This document shows, piece by piece, positions 11,660-24,187 of a stretch of DNA of 33,000 nucleotides; the first letter of the stretch is position 1; each line of letters starts with the position of its first letter. The notes under the pieces are model-generated. The model ran no database searches. It was given only the letters and a program-made list of their open reading frames with translations, and was not told the origin of the DNA. The translations under genes were made by a program, and so were the position numbers. The stretch covers positions 30,814,001 through 30,847,000 of the forward strand of contig OZ286473.1 of assembly GCA_965644265.1 (NCBI GenBank). Reading direction: 5' to 3'. Origin of the DNA: Glycera tridactyla (lineage: Eukaryota).

Positions 11660-12000
11660 CTCTTCATGTCTTAAACTAATGCAGAGAAATTCTCTGACGG
11701 TGATTAGAAATGTCCAAAAGTGGCGACCCATATCGATCAAATGTCACCGTTACCTCCAGATTAGCAGGGTGAAGTTTGAGTTTGTCAACCAATGACAATT
11801 ATACTCAGAAAGCAAGAAAAAAAATCTGAGAACTGAATCATCTCCTCAGAGTACAGATTGCATAGCGCTCTATAGAAAGCTATCACCAACATCACATCAA
11901 CATCTTGTCACTACAAATATGTCAGCCATGACATGCAATCACGGAGAGCTATGCAGCCAACCGACTGATGGATGTCCCATGTACCCTTGGCTAGACGTGA
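11660..12000 (-). pseudogene. Decayed NHL-repeat relic
   Basis: Minus-strand VTFDRYGSPLLDISNHRQRI (11688-11750) resembles NHL V-D-x-x-G-x-I-x-V-x-D-x-x-N-H-R. Confidence 0.35.
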
Positions 12001-12267
12001 GGAAATTAGGCAATCTGTGATCATGCGACATCAACACACTTTTTCCACATCTAACAAATATTGATTGAAATACCACCTCTCATTGTGTTCTAAGAGCACC
12101 CAATATACTCACAAAAAAGTCTCTATATTTGGATGCCACACTGTTGTCAGACATATTTTTGTTTGAGGGAAAGTGAATTAGGAAGATGGAGGTTCTAGAG
12201 CTCAGGCGAAAAAGTAATCTGGGAGACAGGAAATTAGTCTTGACACATCCAGTTTCTATATGTATAC

Positions 12268-12315
12268 ATCAATCAATCAATCGATAAACCAATCAATCAA
12301 TCAATCAATCAATCA
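12268..12315. repeat. (ATCA)n tetranucleotide microsatellite
   Basis: Direct reading. Confidence 0.9.
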
Positions 12316-12389
12316 AGCGTCTTCTGTCGTGTTTGTACCAAGTGAAAAAAAGTTCAGTTTCTCTAATGAAACTGGACAAGTACGCTCCT

Positions 12390-12800
12390 CATCAACTTCA
12401 AAAAAATTGTCTTAGTCTGAGTCCATTCATCACCAAAATCAAGGCAACTCGACATCATTAGAGGGTGATTGCTCTGAACCTAGATGACCAGGACATCCAT
12501 GGAACTCCAATCAAGGATTGGTGAATGTTATTATTTGGTCGTTTTTCTAGATGTATTTTGCGTATTGGAATCTCGAGTTTGCAGTGCTCTCAATTACTTT
12601 GGACCGATATTGATGTGTTTAGATAGTCAGAAAAACGCCGTGATTTGGTTGAGCTCGTAGATTGTTACTTGGAATGTGATCACAGTGATTGGCAATCAGG
12701 GATTCCAGGAAAATATTTGATGTTCGAGTATCAGCAGTAGAATATGGGATACTTTATAATAGTCTCTTTTTCGACTACATTTTCCATAGAGATGAAGGCA
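12390..12800 (+). pseudogene. Decayed class A (rhodopsin-family, aminergic-like) GPCR fragment, about TM1-TM5
   Basis: VFLDVFC (12541-12561), then after a +1 shift AVLSITLDRY (12581-12610, TM3 D plus DRY). In the same frame ARRLLLGM* (12653-12679) is TM4-like, with TGA at the conserved Trp. Several stops. Confidence 0.55.
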
Positions 12801-13127
12801 ACCTTTCGAATTCAAGTAACTGATTGGAATCCAAGAGGGATGATGTGACTGACGTATTCGAGGTTGTTGTTGGTGGTGGTGGTGGAGTTGGTGAAGTTGG
12901 TATTATAGTTGTTGCGGTTGTAGTTGTGGTGCTGGTCAAAGGTGGTAATGGTGAGGGTAATGCTGGTGCTAGTGTGTCAGTGTCAGTAAATTCCCTTTAT
13001 CTCACTTCAGGATTTCAATTATGCCCTCCATCAAATAAATATATTTCGACAAATGTCCTGGCATGATGTGGCAGATGACTCATAGTGTGCCATCATCCTA
13101 CATAGTAATTGAACATATGTAGGTAAA

Positions 13128-13272
13128 ACCATCATCATCACCACCACCACCATCACCACCACCACCATCACCAACACCACTACTACCACCACCACTACGA
13201 CCAACACCATCACAACCAAAACCAACATCAGCACCACCAGCACCACCAGCATCATCATCATCATAATCATCA
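13128..13272. repeat. (CAC/CAT)n trinucleotide microsatellite
   Basis: Direct reading. It explains the low-complexity ORFs at 13031-13313. Confidence 0.95.
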
Positions 13273-14060
13273 AAATGATTGCCTGTGCTAGAAACGAAAG
13301 CTAGCGCGTCCATTGATGAGAATATCTGGTGGTCAATTCAGTAAATAACTGGACACCCCTAGCAAGAATGGCCGAAACTAATAAACATTTCTCTGTAACA
13401 AGCTTGAGGTGGCCACATAGAGCTATCGGTATAAGTCTAACATCTTCCATGGTCAGCTGTGACATTAGACAGATGACCTTGCTAACTAGCTCAGTCTGGC
13501 ATGAAATCGGCCCAGACCGGCCGTTCTGGTGAATGAAATAAAGAATTATTAGCATCTATCCTCTCTGAACATACATCGGTTATCGGCGAGTAGTTGCTCA
13601 TTGCCATAACAATCGTTCTGCTGCTTTTTAAAGTATATACCATGCATGGAACCTGCAAATCGCTCTTGGGGACATTAGTATTTATTTTTTCTTGTGTAAT
13701 GCAACTTGCGATATGAACATTAGTGCAATATTTCATATATCAGCGATTCTTCCAAAATCATCCGAGATCCCAGAGGGCCTTTGAGAAGGAAAGATTAACA
13801 ATTGATGCTCCCCAATCAATCCGAGTTGACATATGTATATCAAGGGTCGGTCATCCAGAATTGATATCCGCTTGATAAAGGTACCAACCAAGGCAATGGC
13901 ATACAACCTGGAGGTGCAGTAATGCTGGAGGCACAGAGGCGAAACAGGCTGCAATGAATTGATCCACAGACAGAAAGTAGGTTCTCTTTATCATGACCAA
14001 AAACTCACGTTGACAGTTCCCATGACTGACAGCCATCTTCCTCGGAACTATAGGCCGCCA
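13270..14060 (-). pseudogene. Decayed TRIM-like RING / B-box / coiled-coil relic
   Basis: MAVSH...FLSV...PPALLHLQVVCHCL resembles an eroded RING (P-x-x-L-x-C-L-H-x-F-C-x-x-C-L). MKYCTNVHIASCIT is B-box-like. It is a clear nucleotide paralog of 16860-17400. Confidence 0.45.
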
Positions 14061-14344
14061 CGTCACGGGAATGAACAGACCAGGATTCGCTTCTATCACA
14101 TAGGATTTCACTCATAAACACTGGCGGAATAGGTGATATTTGAGGATATGTATATTTTTCCAGCTAATTATCAGCGGAAAACAGGTGCCACAAAAAAGGC
14201 AAACCGTCTAAAGTTGGCAGAAACAAGAAGAGTCCGGCGCCATAGCTTTGTGATCTTCATCACTCACTAGAAAAAAACATGAGAAAACTATTTCCTGTCA
14301 CATTGAACTGAATCATGACCAGAAAACTCGGCTGAACCAGGTAG

Positions 14345-14560
14345 TATCATAATAATGAGATGATGAAAATAGAACCAGGATGATATAACGATGATGAGAA
14401 TAACGAAAATAGAAATGATCATATGGACTACTGAGATAATCATTACTATGGTGATAACAACAAGAATGACAATAATGGTAATAATGATTATATCACCGTA
14501 TATGATAATCGGAATAATGATGTCAATGATGATGATGATGATCACATAGATATTGATAGT
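14345..14560. repeat. GAT/AAT-rich degenerate trinucleotide repeat
   Basis: Direct reading. Confidence 0.9.
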
Positions 14561-14749
14561 GAAAATTTAATTTTCATGCACCTCGATAATCTCACTATGT
14601 ACATCCGTTTTTACTACTTTTCTATTTGCAATTTTGTTGAATGCATGTACTTTACTCTTTTATCCTATTACTTTGCAGTCCTGTGCAATATGACTCTCTG
14701 CTTTTGGAGGATCTGAAATGCATTCAAAACTCACCTACAAACTCAAAAG

Positions 14750-15250
14750 ACTTGCATTCTGACATAAATTCAAATACTTTTATTCACATTACGGTTCACA
14801 TTCATAAGGATCACAAAAATGCGGCAGAGGATTATCATTCTACCTGTGCATGTAAGGCCCCGTTTTTTTCATTCATTGATTATATGACGATATATAGAGT
14901 TTCCTTGAACCCCATAATCATCTTCGTTTCAGATAAAATTTCACCTCTTCTATGTCTTTCTTTTGATCTCTGGTATCTGCAGAGTGAATTAATGCAGATT
15001 CGAGCACAACTCCGGAGTGACATATCACTGTTTGTTATTCTGGTTGATCTCTCATATATTGTGCACTTGGTCTGATTGGCTGAACACGAGAATGATGGTC
15101 TAACTTCCCGGCCCAGTCTTGCATGCAATTCACCTTACTGACCCACCCACACATCACAGCTCAGACAAAGCAATCAGACTTGTGCTATTTTGGGCTGACA
15201 GAATATGTTTGCAAGGAAGATTATCCCATCAGGTGAATGGATGAAGTCGA
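14750..15250 (-). pseudogene. Decayed TRIM-like B-box relic; paralog of 19430-19790
   Basis: FCQPKIAQV*LLCLSCDVWV...HARL (15120-15203). LLCLSCDVWV is conserved with the 19.6 kb copy. Confidence 0.5.
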
Positions 15251-15357
15251 TATGTCACTCTAGGATGATGCAATTGTACTTGACAGAGCTCACATAATGG
15301 ACACAAATTTTCAGACCTGAGAGCATCGGGAGAGGTTTCGTATTTGGGCTGAAGATG

Positions 15358-15605
15358 GTTTGTTTGTTTGTTTGACGTTTAACGACATGTATCAGCCTGC
15401 AGGAGTATGTATGTCATGTGTTCCTAGTCAATGGGAGCCAGATGATCTCACCCCTGCAGACGTCACTCTCACAAATCCCGAACACAAATTGATGGGGGAA
15501 GATGGAATGTTGTCAAGTGGCACCTCATCATCAGTCATCTTCTGTCTCCTCTTCCTAAACACAGTGAACCAAAAGATGGCATATCCAACTATGTAATTGG
15601 CTGGT
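15358..15605 (-). mobile_element. Repeat family C, copy 3 (tail-anchored)
   Basis: (GTTT)n-gacgtttaacgacatgtatc start; aligns with 3040-3300. Confidence 0.6.
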
Positions 15606-15629
15606 GACTGACACACATGTCTTTTTAGT

Positions 15630-16080
15630 ATTAATGATAATGGTAATATTGACAGTGGATGAGATCGTGAATGCGATGATGTGGGGGTAGTGGTGGTAGT
15701 TTTGATCGTAATGGTGGTGATATATGTGGTGTGTTTTAGGTTTGTGGCAGTGCTTTTCAGTGATGGTGGTGGAAATGGTGTTCGTGGTGATGATAGTGGT
15801 ATTCATGGTGATGTGCTTTAGGATCGTGAAGCTGTGATGCTTGTGATAATAGTTCTGGTGAAGATAGTGGTGGTGTTTCATCTTATGGTGGTCATGATGT
15901 TCGTAGTGGTAGTGATGGTGGTACTTGTGATGGTTATGATGATGATGATACTGATCATGACAGATATGGTGCTGCAATATGATGAGAGTTGAAGTTGTGG
16001 TGATAGTGGCAGTATTTCTGAGTGTGCCAGTGGTTTTCCTAGTGATGCATGAGGTATGTGTGATGATTATGATGGTGCTC
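15630..16080. repeat. Degenerate GTG/GAT trinucleotide tract
   Basis: Direct reading. It is the source of the His-rich 204-aa ORF. Confidence 0.9.
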
Positions 16081-16344
16081 ATACTGTATTGCACAATATC
16101 TGAACGTATCTCACATTTCCTGATAGGATCCACAATGAACTCGTTGGGATGCCAGGGATAAGGAGTCACACCAAGTATGTATATATCCCATGGGAAAAGG
16201 TTTATATCCTCAGCAAAAAATATCCTCTTACCCTGTTATGGCACATATGTGGACTTGAAGTGTGTGAAGTCTTTCATATTCAGATATGGGATATAATCTG
16301 TTATGACTCCATCGTCAACTAGGATAGCATACATAGCCATGACC

Positions 16345-16600
16345 TCACCTACCCGAACACCGCTACCACCATCACCTCAACCACACATGAACCATCATTA
16401 AAGAGCAAAGCAACCTATCACTGCCAACACAGCCACTCCCACCATTATCACCATTCACACCGATGCCACCTTCACCACAATCCATGCCACCACCAATACC
16501 ACCAATCTCATCATCACCAGAAGTAACAACAATGACCCACCGTCACCTGAATCCACAGCAATGACACCATCACCACCACCATCACCATCATACCCACGAT
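16345..16600. repeat. Degenerate CAC/CAT trinucleotide tract
   Basis: Direct reading. Confidence 0.85.
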
Positions 16601-16859
16601 TCATCCCATCAGGATAATTCACAACATTGCTTCTTCCATGAGCAGTCATGAAAGATGGATCACAGACACAGAGACTGCCACAATCACAAAGACAGCCGAA
16701 CTGCTATGATGAAGGCATGGATGGCACGAGTCCCCAAAACGATACATGACAAGCTAGTTACACTTTATAAGCAAGTAATACTCTATGGGAGGTTGATTGA
16801 AATTATAGATCACAATCAATCATCAATATGGCCGAAAAAAAGATGGGAAGAGATTCAAA

Positions 16860-17400
16860 TAATCACTTGTGCTAGTAATGAAAGCTAGTGCCATCGATTG
16901 ATGAGAATGTATGGAGGTCAATTCAATAAACGACTGAATAGGAACAACTAGCAGCTCCTAGTAAGAATGGCAAAAACTATTAAACATTTCCCCGTAACGA
17001 GCTTGAAGTGGTCACATAGAGTTGTTGGTATAAGTCTGACATCTTAGATGATCAGCTGTGACGTTAGCTAACTAGCTCAGTCTGGCATGAAATCGGCCCA
17101 GTCCAGCCATCCTGGTGAATAAAATAAGGAATTGTTGGCATCTATCCTCTTCGAACATATAATGCTTCCTGGCAGGAAGTCATCCATTTTCATGAGGATG
17201 GTTTGAGTGGGCTAATGCAGATACTTTGCTCGGCGGTTTCAAATCATTCTCGGAGATATACGGTGGAGATTTGGTGGCACACTTGATGTCAGGTCAACTG
17301 AAATGAACATCCACTGGCATCTGGTAGACCCAGGCCATGTCTGAAGAACTAGAGATGAGGTAATACTGGGGGCACTGGAACCAAACATGCTGCATATTGA
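16860..17400 (-). pseudogene. Decayed TRIM-like RING / coiled-coil relic; paralog of 13270-14060
   Basis: Shares tracts such as gctaactagctcagtctggcatgaaatcggcccag with 13480-13515. AACLVPVPPVLPHL*FFRHGL is RING-like. Internal deletions relative to the 13 kb copy. Confidence 0.45.
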
Positions 17401-17419
17401 TAGAATGCCATATTGGAGA

Positions 17420-17625
17420 AAGTCAGAAAGAGAACATAGAATGGAGAGATGGAGAGAGGTTAAGAAAGAAGAGACTGAGGACGTCAAGAAAAATATCGCA
17501 GAGGGAGGAAGAAGGGAGAGCAAAGAAAACAGATAAAGGGGAGCAAGAGAGAAGAGATAGAGGAGAGAGAGGGAGATATGGAAAGAGGGAGAGAGAGGGA
17601 GAAGATGAAAGCAGAGGGATGGAAA
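17420..17625. repeat. GA-rich low-complexity tract
   Basis: Direct reading. Confidence 0.85.
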
Positions 17626-17719
17626 AGAGGCATCTTGTTGTTGAAAATAGATTGAAATATCCATCACTAGAGGCTAAGCAAATATCAGCCCTCTGAAATA
17701 TATTGACACAGCATCTCAG

Positions 17720-18230
17720 AAGACTTTTGAAAGAGAAAGTAGGATATGACTGTGTGAATTAGTCAGTAAAAACACTGATGCGCAGTGAGCACAATATCCA
17801 ATCAATGATTCATGGCATCTATGAAGTCGATGATTGGTGGGTGTACTATACAATTAGGCAACAATCCTTTCAGATGAATACTCTGTTCGTGAAATAAGAT
17901 CAAATAATTTTTTTCCAATCCAAAAGCCTCGATTTGTTTCTATGACCAGATAATATTTCTTTGCATACAATATCGTTAAAATCTTTGTCACTCCCACTAT
18001 CGAGTGCTGTGCGATGGACACTTCTCATCAGCACACATCTATATTTGAACTTCAGTAATTTCTATCACTATAGCTGAAATTGATGAGACTTTAGCTGTCG
18101 TTTTTATTTCGGATGAAAACAAACCAATCATAGCATCCGTCATATTTTTCCAGGAGGAATTCATGCCATTGGATACAGTCAATTGGTTAGTTGGGGCCTG
18201 CACGACAGGAAGTGACGTCCACATTGATGC
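17720..18230 (-). pseudogene. Possible decayed TRIM RING-tail and B-box relic
   Basis: HRCHESLIGYCAHCASVF...HSH (about 17740-17830) resembles B-box-2 H-x-E-x-L-x-x-Y-C-x-x-C. Confidence 0.35.
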
Positions 18231-18299
18231 TAGCCGCCCACATAGAAGAGATGAAAAATGTATCGCATGAATGACTTAGGTGGTGCGTTTGTACAGGCC

Positions 18300-19990
18300 A
18301 CTGGCTAGTTACCACCTACATGTACATAAATTGTGATGCTCCTGTCTATTTCATATTTCTCACTTGAAGTAATGATTACATATATGCCCTCTATACCCAA
18401 AACTCCTTCAACTATATGTATATGTTCGTGCCAAGGATAGCATATTGTTGATTGGGATGGGATTTCACATGTTACTTCCATACTGTAACTGGTGTGAGTA
18501 TCACATGGAATGGAATGGTAATGGAATATTCCACCCTCGAATATAATATATACTGATGACACACCTTCTGTTACCACAATCCCAAATGACCGTAATTGCA
18601 TTATACTGTCTTCCTGTCTGATTATACATTTTCTATATGCCCTAAATCCACCCAATCTACTCATCACTCTCAATACATGTGTTCTGCTTATGGCGAATGT
18701 CCACAACAGGGTTATCTGAGCATTCCGATCATCTCATGATCCTGACCCAATTAAGATGATGGCTTTCTTCTAAGTAGCTTTCTCGTTAATCAATGGAGAT
18801 AAGAAGAGTCTGGTGAGTAGCTTATACTCTCTCATTATATCAACGATGATTAGACACTAGTAGCAGCTAAATTCAATGTTATGGCTCTAGAATATTTATC
18901 ACTGAGTGAACCTCAGTATCCCTTCCGTCAGACGAAGCCATAGAGGCCTGATCAGTTAACTCGAGAGGAATCAGATGGTATCACAATAATGACATAATGA
19001 TTTTGCTACAAGATTGCTCACGACAAAACTACAACAGTGTTCATGAGAAAGCATGATTATCAGAATGATATTGAAAATGATTTCGAGAATAATGATAAAG
19101 ATAAAGATGACAATAATGACAATGATAACCAATGATGATAGTGATGAGGGAGAAAAGTTATGATGATGGGAATATTGATAATGATAATGAGGATGACATG
19201 CAATGATATTTGACGATCTCAGTACTCACAACTTCTTGGACTATCTCTCTCATTCACCATTTTGTTGGATCTATGTACTTGATCATGCATCCTGCTGTCG
19301 AGCAGCATTTGTAATAGGACCTTCGGGGTCAGGAAGTTTGTGCAACATTGATTATCAATAATATTTCAGAAAATTTCTCAGAGACTTAATGTCTTTATTT
19401 CTTGATTATATTGTGAGGTGAAGATTCGCTGACACCCAATCTATGGCTCAGATAAATCTCCCTGCCATCCATTTCCTTCTTCTAATCTGGTGTTCAGATA
19501 TTTCGAGCACAGCTCCAGAGTGACGTATTGCTGTTTGTTATTCTGATCAATTTTTTTTTCGTCTAGGATGCACTTGGTTCGATTGGCTGAACGTGAGACT
19601 GATGGCCTAGCTCACTGGCCCAGTCTTGCATCAAATACATCTTGCCAGGCACACCCAAACATCACAACTCAGACAAAGTAATCGGATCAGTGCTATTTTG
19701 GGCTGACAGACCATGTCTGTGAGGAAGATTACCTTATCAAAAAATGGATTATATCAATAAGATTATTCACTTGTGATCAGCTCAGCTCACATTGACAGTA
19801 TAACATCTCTATTGAGGAATACACTTTCTCTGATGACCACTTTGACTATCAATCTAGGAGATGATATGGGAATACCTGTTTCCTAGATATCTGTCATCAT
19901 TTCTTGAGCACATCCAGCTTGAACTATTTCAAGCCAAAAGCATCTTATTCTTCATGGTTGTTGGTGAAAAGCCAGTACTGCATTGCATGA
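18300..19990 (-). pseudogene. Most complete TRIM-NHL-like relic (RING, B-box1, B-box2, coiled-coil, NHL)
   Basis: Domain-like motifs occur in the expected order on the minus strand: eroded RING at about 19990-19800; CQPKIALIRLLCLSCDVWVC at 19648-19710; LKYY...ITNAARQQ at about 19400-19280; a GAT tract at 19070-19210; NHL-like YNQTGR...VIWDCGNRRCV at about 18560-18650. Many stops and frameshifts; no intron-sized gaps. Confidence 0.5.
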
Positions 19991-20049
19991 TTAGTATAAT
20001 TTATCAACTCAGTGAATCGCCGCGGGCATATGAGTTGAATTTCTGACAT

Positions 20050-20860
20050 TACATAAGGCATTTATACAACCATTGAATGTATATGGGGGTGACTGTGATA
20101 TCGAACTCGAATGCTTCATGAAATGACAGATTACATCACTGAAGTACAGACCTGGTCGACTAGAACTGTGGACCTTGGTTTCTTTTCCCTGATCCTTCCA
20201 GATCATGTGAATGAAAATCAATGTAAACATGACCACTTCTTTTGAATTGGGCTAGTGAGGGTGATGGTGTAGCCAATTATGATGTTTTGGCCACAATACA
20301 TCATTGCTCCTTATATAGTCGCAGCAATGTTTGTATATCTCAGACAGACTATGTTTCCTGAGATTAAACATAGGATTTATTACACCATAATGGCTCAAAG
20401 GAGTCATAAATTGTAAGAAAAGTATTATCATGTGATATGATTATCTAATCGCCTCCAACTTCAGGACTGCATTGATCCGAATCTCCTGGATCAACTAGAA
20501 ATCAAGCACTCAATGGGGAGAAACAACTGAAAGCGAATCCACAAGTCAAGATCATGAGCTCCCCATGGTATATAGTTCAGCATGTTATCTATCTGAATGA
20601 TATCCCAATATGGATCCATGTACTTTGTTCTATAACTTTAAAGCATATACAAGTCAATCGACTCCCATCATAGTTAGGATGCAAGTCAATCAAACCATCA
20701 TTAAGAGTCGAATATTTCTGTTGGAATAAATGTAAATATAACATTCTCAGAAGTCTGATGAAGATAGGGTTTAGGTCTTTTGTGACATGACCAAATTTCA
20801 CTTACCACGTTGACTGTTTTGGCAGCTGTCAGCCATCTTCCTCAGAACTACTGCCCACTA
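20050..20860 (-). pseudogene. Decayed TRIM-like RING plus NHL relic
   Basis: F*ECYIYIYSNRNIRLL...LTCI (from 20752 downwards) is RING-like. The start region (gaggaagatggctg) is homologous to 14000-14060. GHVYID and GLYFSD NHL-like motifs lie at about 20130-20240. Confidence 0.35.
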
Positions 20861-21749
20861 GGTGGCATTGCGGCAGTAATGGCACACTCGATTTCCTCAC
20901 CCCTGCCCTCTTTTAGTACTCTAAGGGATCACTTGCTCCCCTACCGTTGACAGTCCAAATGCACTCTTGTCTCTCTTTTGGATACTCTGCTTCACCCAGC
21001 AGTCAAACCCATTGCTTTGAGCAGCTACTACGTTGCTTTTCTCTCAGGTCGTTACATGAGTTTCTGTGAGACGTCCTTCTTATATATTAGGAAAATGATT
21101 CCCTAGTTCGGGGAATTCCAGTCACCTGTTTCTATTTCTTCCGATGTGTTACTTGAAATTCCTGAGCACTTGGCTCGAAATAGCTTCTGATAATTCAGGC
21201 TAGTTGGGACCAACCAACCTGAGTTTTTAGAAACTGTGTAGAGAATACATGAAATGCATTGAATCATAAAAGAATAGATCTTGTATACCTAGAGAATCAA
21301 GAAATTTCGAATCATCCTCTGTGGTAACAGTACACTATGGACCAGGTTGGATGTTTGGGTTTGAAGACCCTATCTGTCCAACATTGATCACAAGTAGCTG
21401 GATCAATACTAGTTCTGAATTGTAAGAAATAACGGTGATATGAAGAGGTAACAATGATGTATGCATACTATGGCCTTCTCATTGGGCCCAGGTTTGATTG
21501 TCCACGACCACCAGCAACAGAAGATGAATAGTCACTATGGGCAGTCATGACCTGTATGAACAAATGAAGAAGTGAAGAAGATGGGGTAGGTATATCAAAT
21601 TATACAAAAAAAGCATACAATTTTAAGCCTAAAATGGTATTCAATTACCTGGGGTTTGTTCGAAGCATTAGACAATTGTGGGGCTTACCTACAGGATTGA
21701 TTTCAGTTGCGGAAATCTACCTTGGTCACAAAAACAATACACCGTGACT

Positions 21750-22520
21750 ACAAATGACACCCGTTCACATCGGACATATACACATGCGGGCATTAGGGAG
21801 GAGGATGTGATTTCAATGAGAATCCCTTATTTGCATCCTTCAAAGAGTGAACTAGTCACCTCGAAGTATGTCACAGAAAACCGTTATTCGGAAGTAATGA
21901 TCGGTTGGTTGCATACATGCTCTACATCCCCTGAGCACCACCTGGGCTATATCAAGATGCCCATACAATGGGAGTTGGTGTGATCATTTATGTACTTCTC
22001 GTTGATCCCCAAAAGAAAGTGAAATTATATGAAAGTCACAAAGACTCAACTTCTGAATTCTGGTATCCATTTTGTGCATGAATGATCACAATCATCGATC
22101 GGAGTATATGTTAAATACTGCGTTGCAATCCTTCGAAGAAAGCTGCTGGTGTCCTATAATGAATTTGTTGTCGACGATATAAAAAAATAATATATATATT
22201 TATATATCCCTATGGGTGTAGTTCGTGCGTCCTGCGTCCTGTGTCACTCCATGGCGCTAGTGCTAACATTCACAAACCGATCGGGATGAAGCCACCCAAT
22301 CAGCACTCGATGCTACTCTGTCATCTTCACATTTATTAACACTAAAGAAACCTGTCCTGTTAGCCCATTCATAGTCTATGTCAGCACTACCGCCAAGGAG
22401 TGGCGCAGGATCTCCATCGAACTACACCCTTGCAACATTTATAAGAAAGCTGCTGATGTCCTACCGAAGAGGTCATGGCGAGCATCAATCTCTCCATTCA
22501 TTGAAAAGACCCAGTTTATA
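21750..22520 (-). pseudogene. Decayed ankyrin-repeat relic
   Basis: IDARHDLFGRT (22457-22489), LLGGSADID (22374-22400) and YGHLDIAQVVL (21933-21965). An internal repeat aagaaagctgctg.tgtccta occurs at about 22138 and 22443. Confidence 0.5.
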
Positions 22521-22809
22521 GTCACTAGATGACCTCCAGTGGATTAGTGATGCTACCATGGATAATGCCATGAAAACACTTTTATCTTCCAAGAGAGTAC
22601 ACTATGCATTGACCTGTTATGGGTTTTATCTTAGAAGTCGCGGGCAATCCTATCCTATTAGATCCACTGATGCAGCCCTGGATAACATTGCATAATGACC
22701 ATCAAGTCACTTATTCTGCTATTTGGCGGTCCCTGTGAGATGCGGAGATGGGGGCAGGAGCCGGCTCCCTAATCAAAGGATATTACATCACATATCCCAA
22801 GAGATCATC

Positions 22810-22990
22810 CCATGATGGGTATTGGGCAGATATCCACAAGGAGCGCTGCAAATATGAGAATCAATGCGATATTCCTCTCATGCTTTCTGAAGGGGCACCG
22901 CCATTTAAAAAAAAAATTCAGCCAACGTGACGTTGATATACCATTACATCTTCATGACTGTATTTTTGGTAGCTTTGATCACCTCAGATC
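22810..22990 (+). pseudogene. Possible short ankyrin-repeat relic on the opposite strand
   Basis: ADIHK...IPLMLS, then after a shift KGH...IPLHL. Confidence 0.3.
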
Positions 22991-23104
22991 CACCATAAAA
23001 TGTCTTGTACACTGCTCATCAATATGATGATATCCACATAAATATGCATTCCCATCAACGACAACAACACCAAAAGCAATGATACTAGTATTAGTTATAG
23101 TAAT

Positions 23105-23262
23105 TCGATGATGATGATGATGATGATGATGATAAAGGTGATAATAATGATGATGATGATAATCACAATTATGATGAGGATAATAGAAATGATAAAAAAT
23201 CATAATAACAAGAATGATTATAATAATGATAATAATAATAATAATAATAATAATAATAGTAG
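23105..23262. repeat. (GAT)n/(AAT)n compound microsatellite
   Basis: Direct reading. Confidence 0.95.
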
Positions 23263-24187
23263 TAACACCATCTCACCTACTCTAGATCCTATCTATAAAA
23301 CTCACTTCGTGCAACTGTGTGGTATCCAATAAATGGGCCAGAACAGCAACTCTATAGAAGATCATATGACTCTACCCACAAGAATGATATTGTGATTGTA
23401 ATAAATTTTATCTTCATATTAGGAAAAAGGAACCCACCAAAGTCACCCGCTACTTCAATATCCCCAACCACAGCCAAGAGGGTCTGACAGTGGAAGCCAT
23501 AACTTTGGCCTCTAGAAATGTGAACACCAGACTACAACAGGAAGGAGAATTTATTGTAACTAAACACAAACAAATTGATTGGACTATAATGGACTGATTA
23601 CACTTCGTCTTGACAGTGACAGTGATGATTTTCCGGTATCCACAATAATACCATCGAAATCTTTGACTCAATCATGGCTGACAGACCCAATGCTGCTACC
23701 AGATCCGTCTCCATCACCATCAGAAACATCTGAACCCAGAATTGACCCATTTGATAAGTGCGAGTCGATGACTGTTCAGACACACCTATATACTCATAAC
23801 GAATAGCTAATCATTCTAATAATGGCATATCAAACTAAGTATAACTGGCTGAAGCTGATACTCAAACATGACAGAAATGTTTTTTGCCGATCCGAATCTT
23901 GATATCAATGAGGTGTGCATCGGGTTCTGAGAATTCCTAAACCAATGTGTTCATCTGTAAAATTTCAATTTGAATCAATACTCCATAATTGCAGTACAAT
24001 GCAATCCCAAGAGATTTCGAGAATACCTTACCAATGTGTTCACCTGTTAAATGTCAATTCGAATCAGTACGCTATGATTGCAGTACAATGCGATCCCAAG
24101 AGATTCAGAGAATAGTAGCAAATAGATTGTTCTTGGTTCCAAGATGATTCATGTTGAAATCATTTTCACTTACTTTGGAACAATGTT

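Noticed and set aside
15555-16169. 204-aa His-rich ORF as a metal-binding protein
   Set aside because: Composition is fully explained by a GTG/GAT microsatellite, and similar tracts occur throughout the window.
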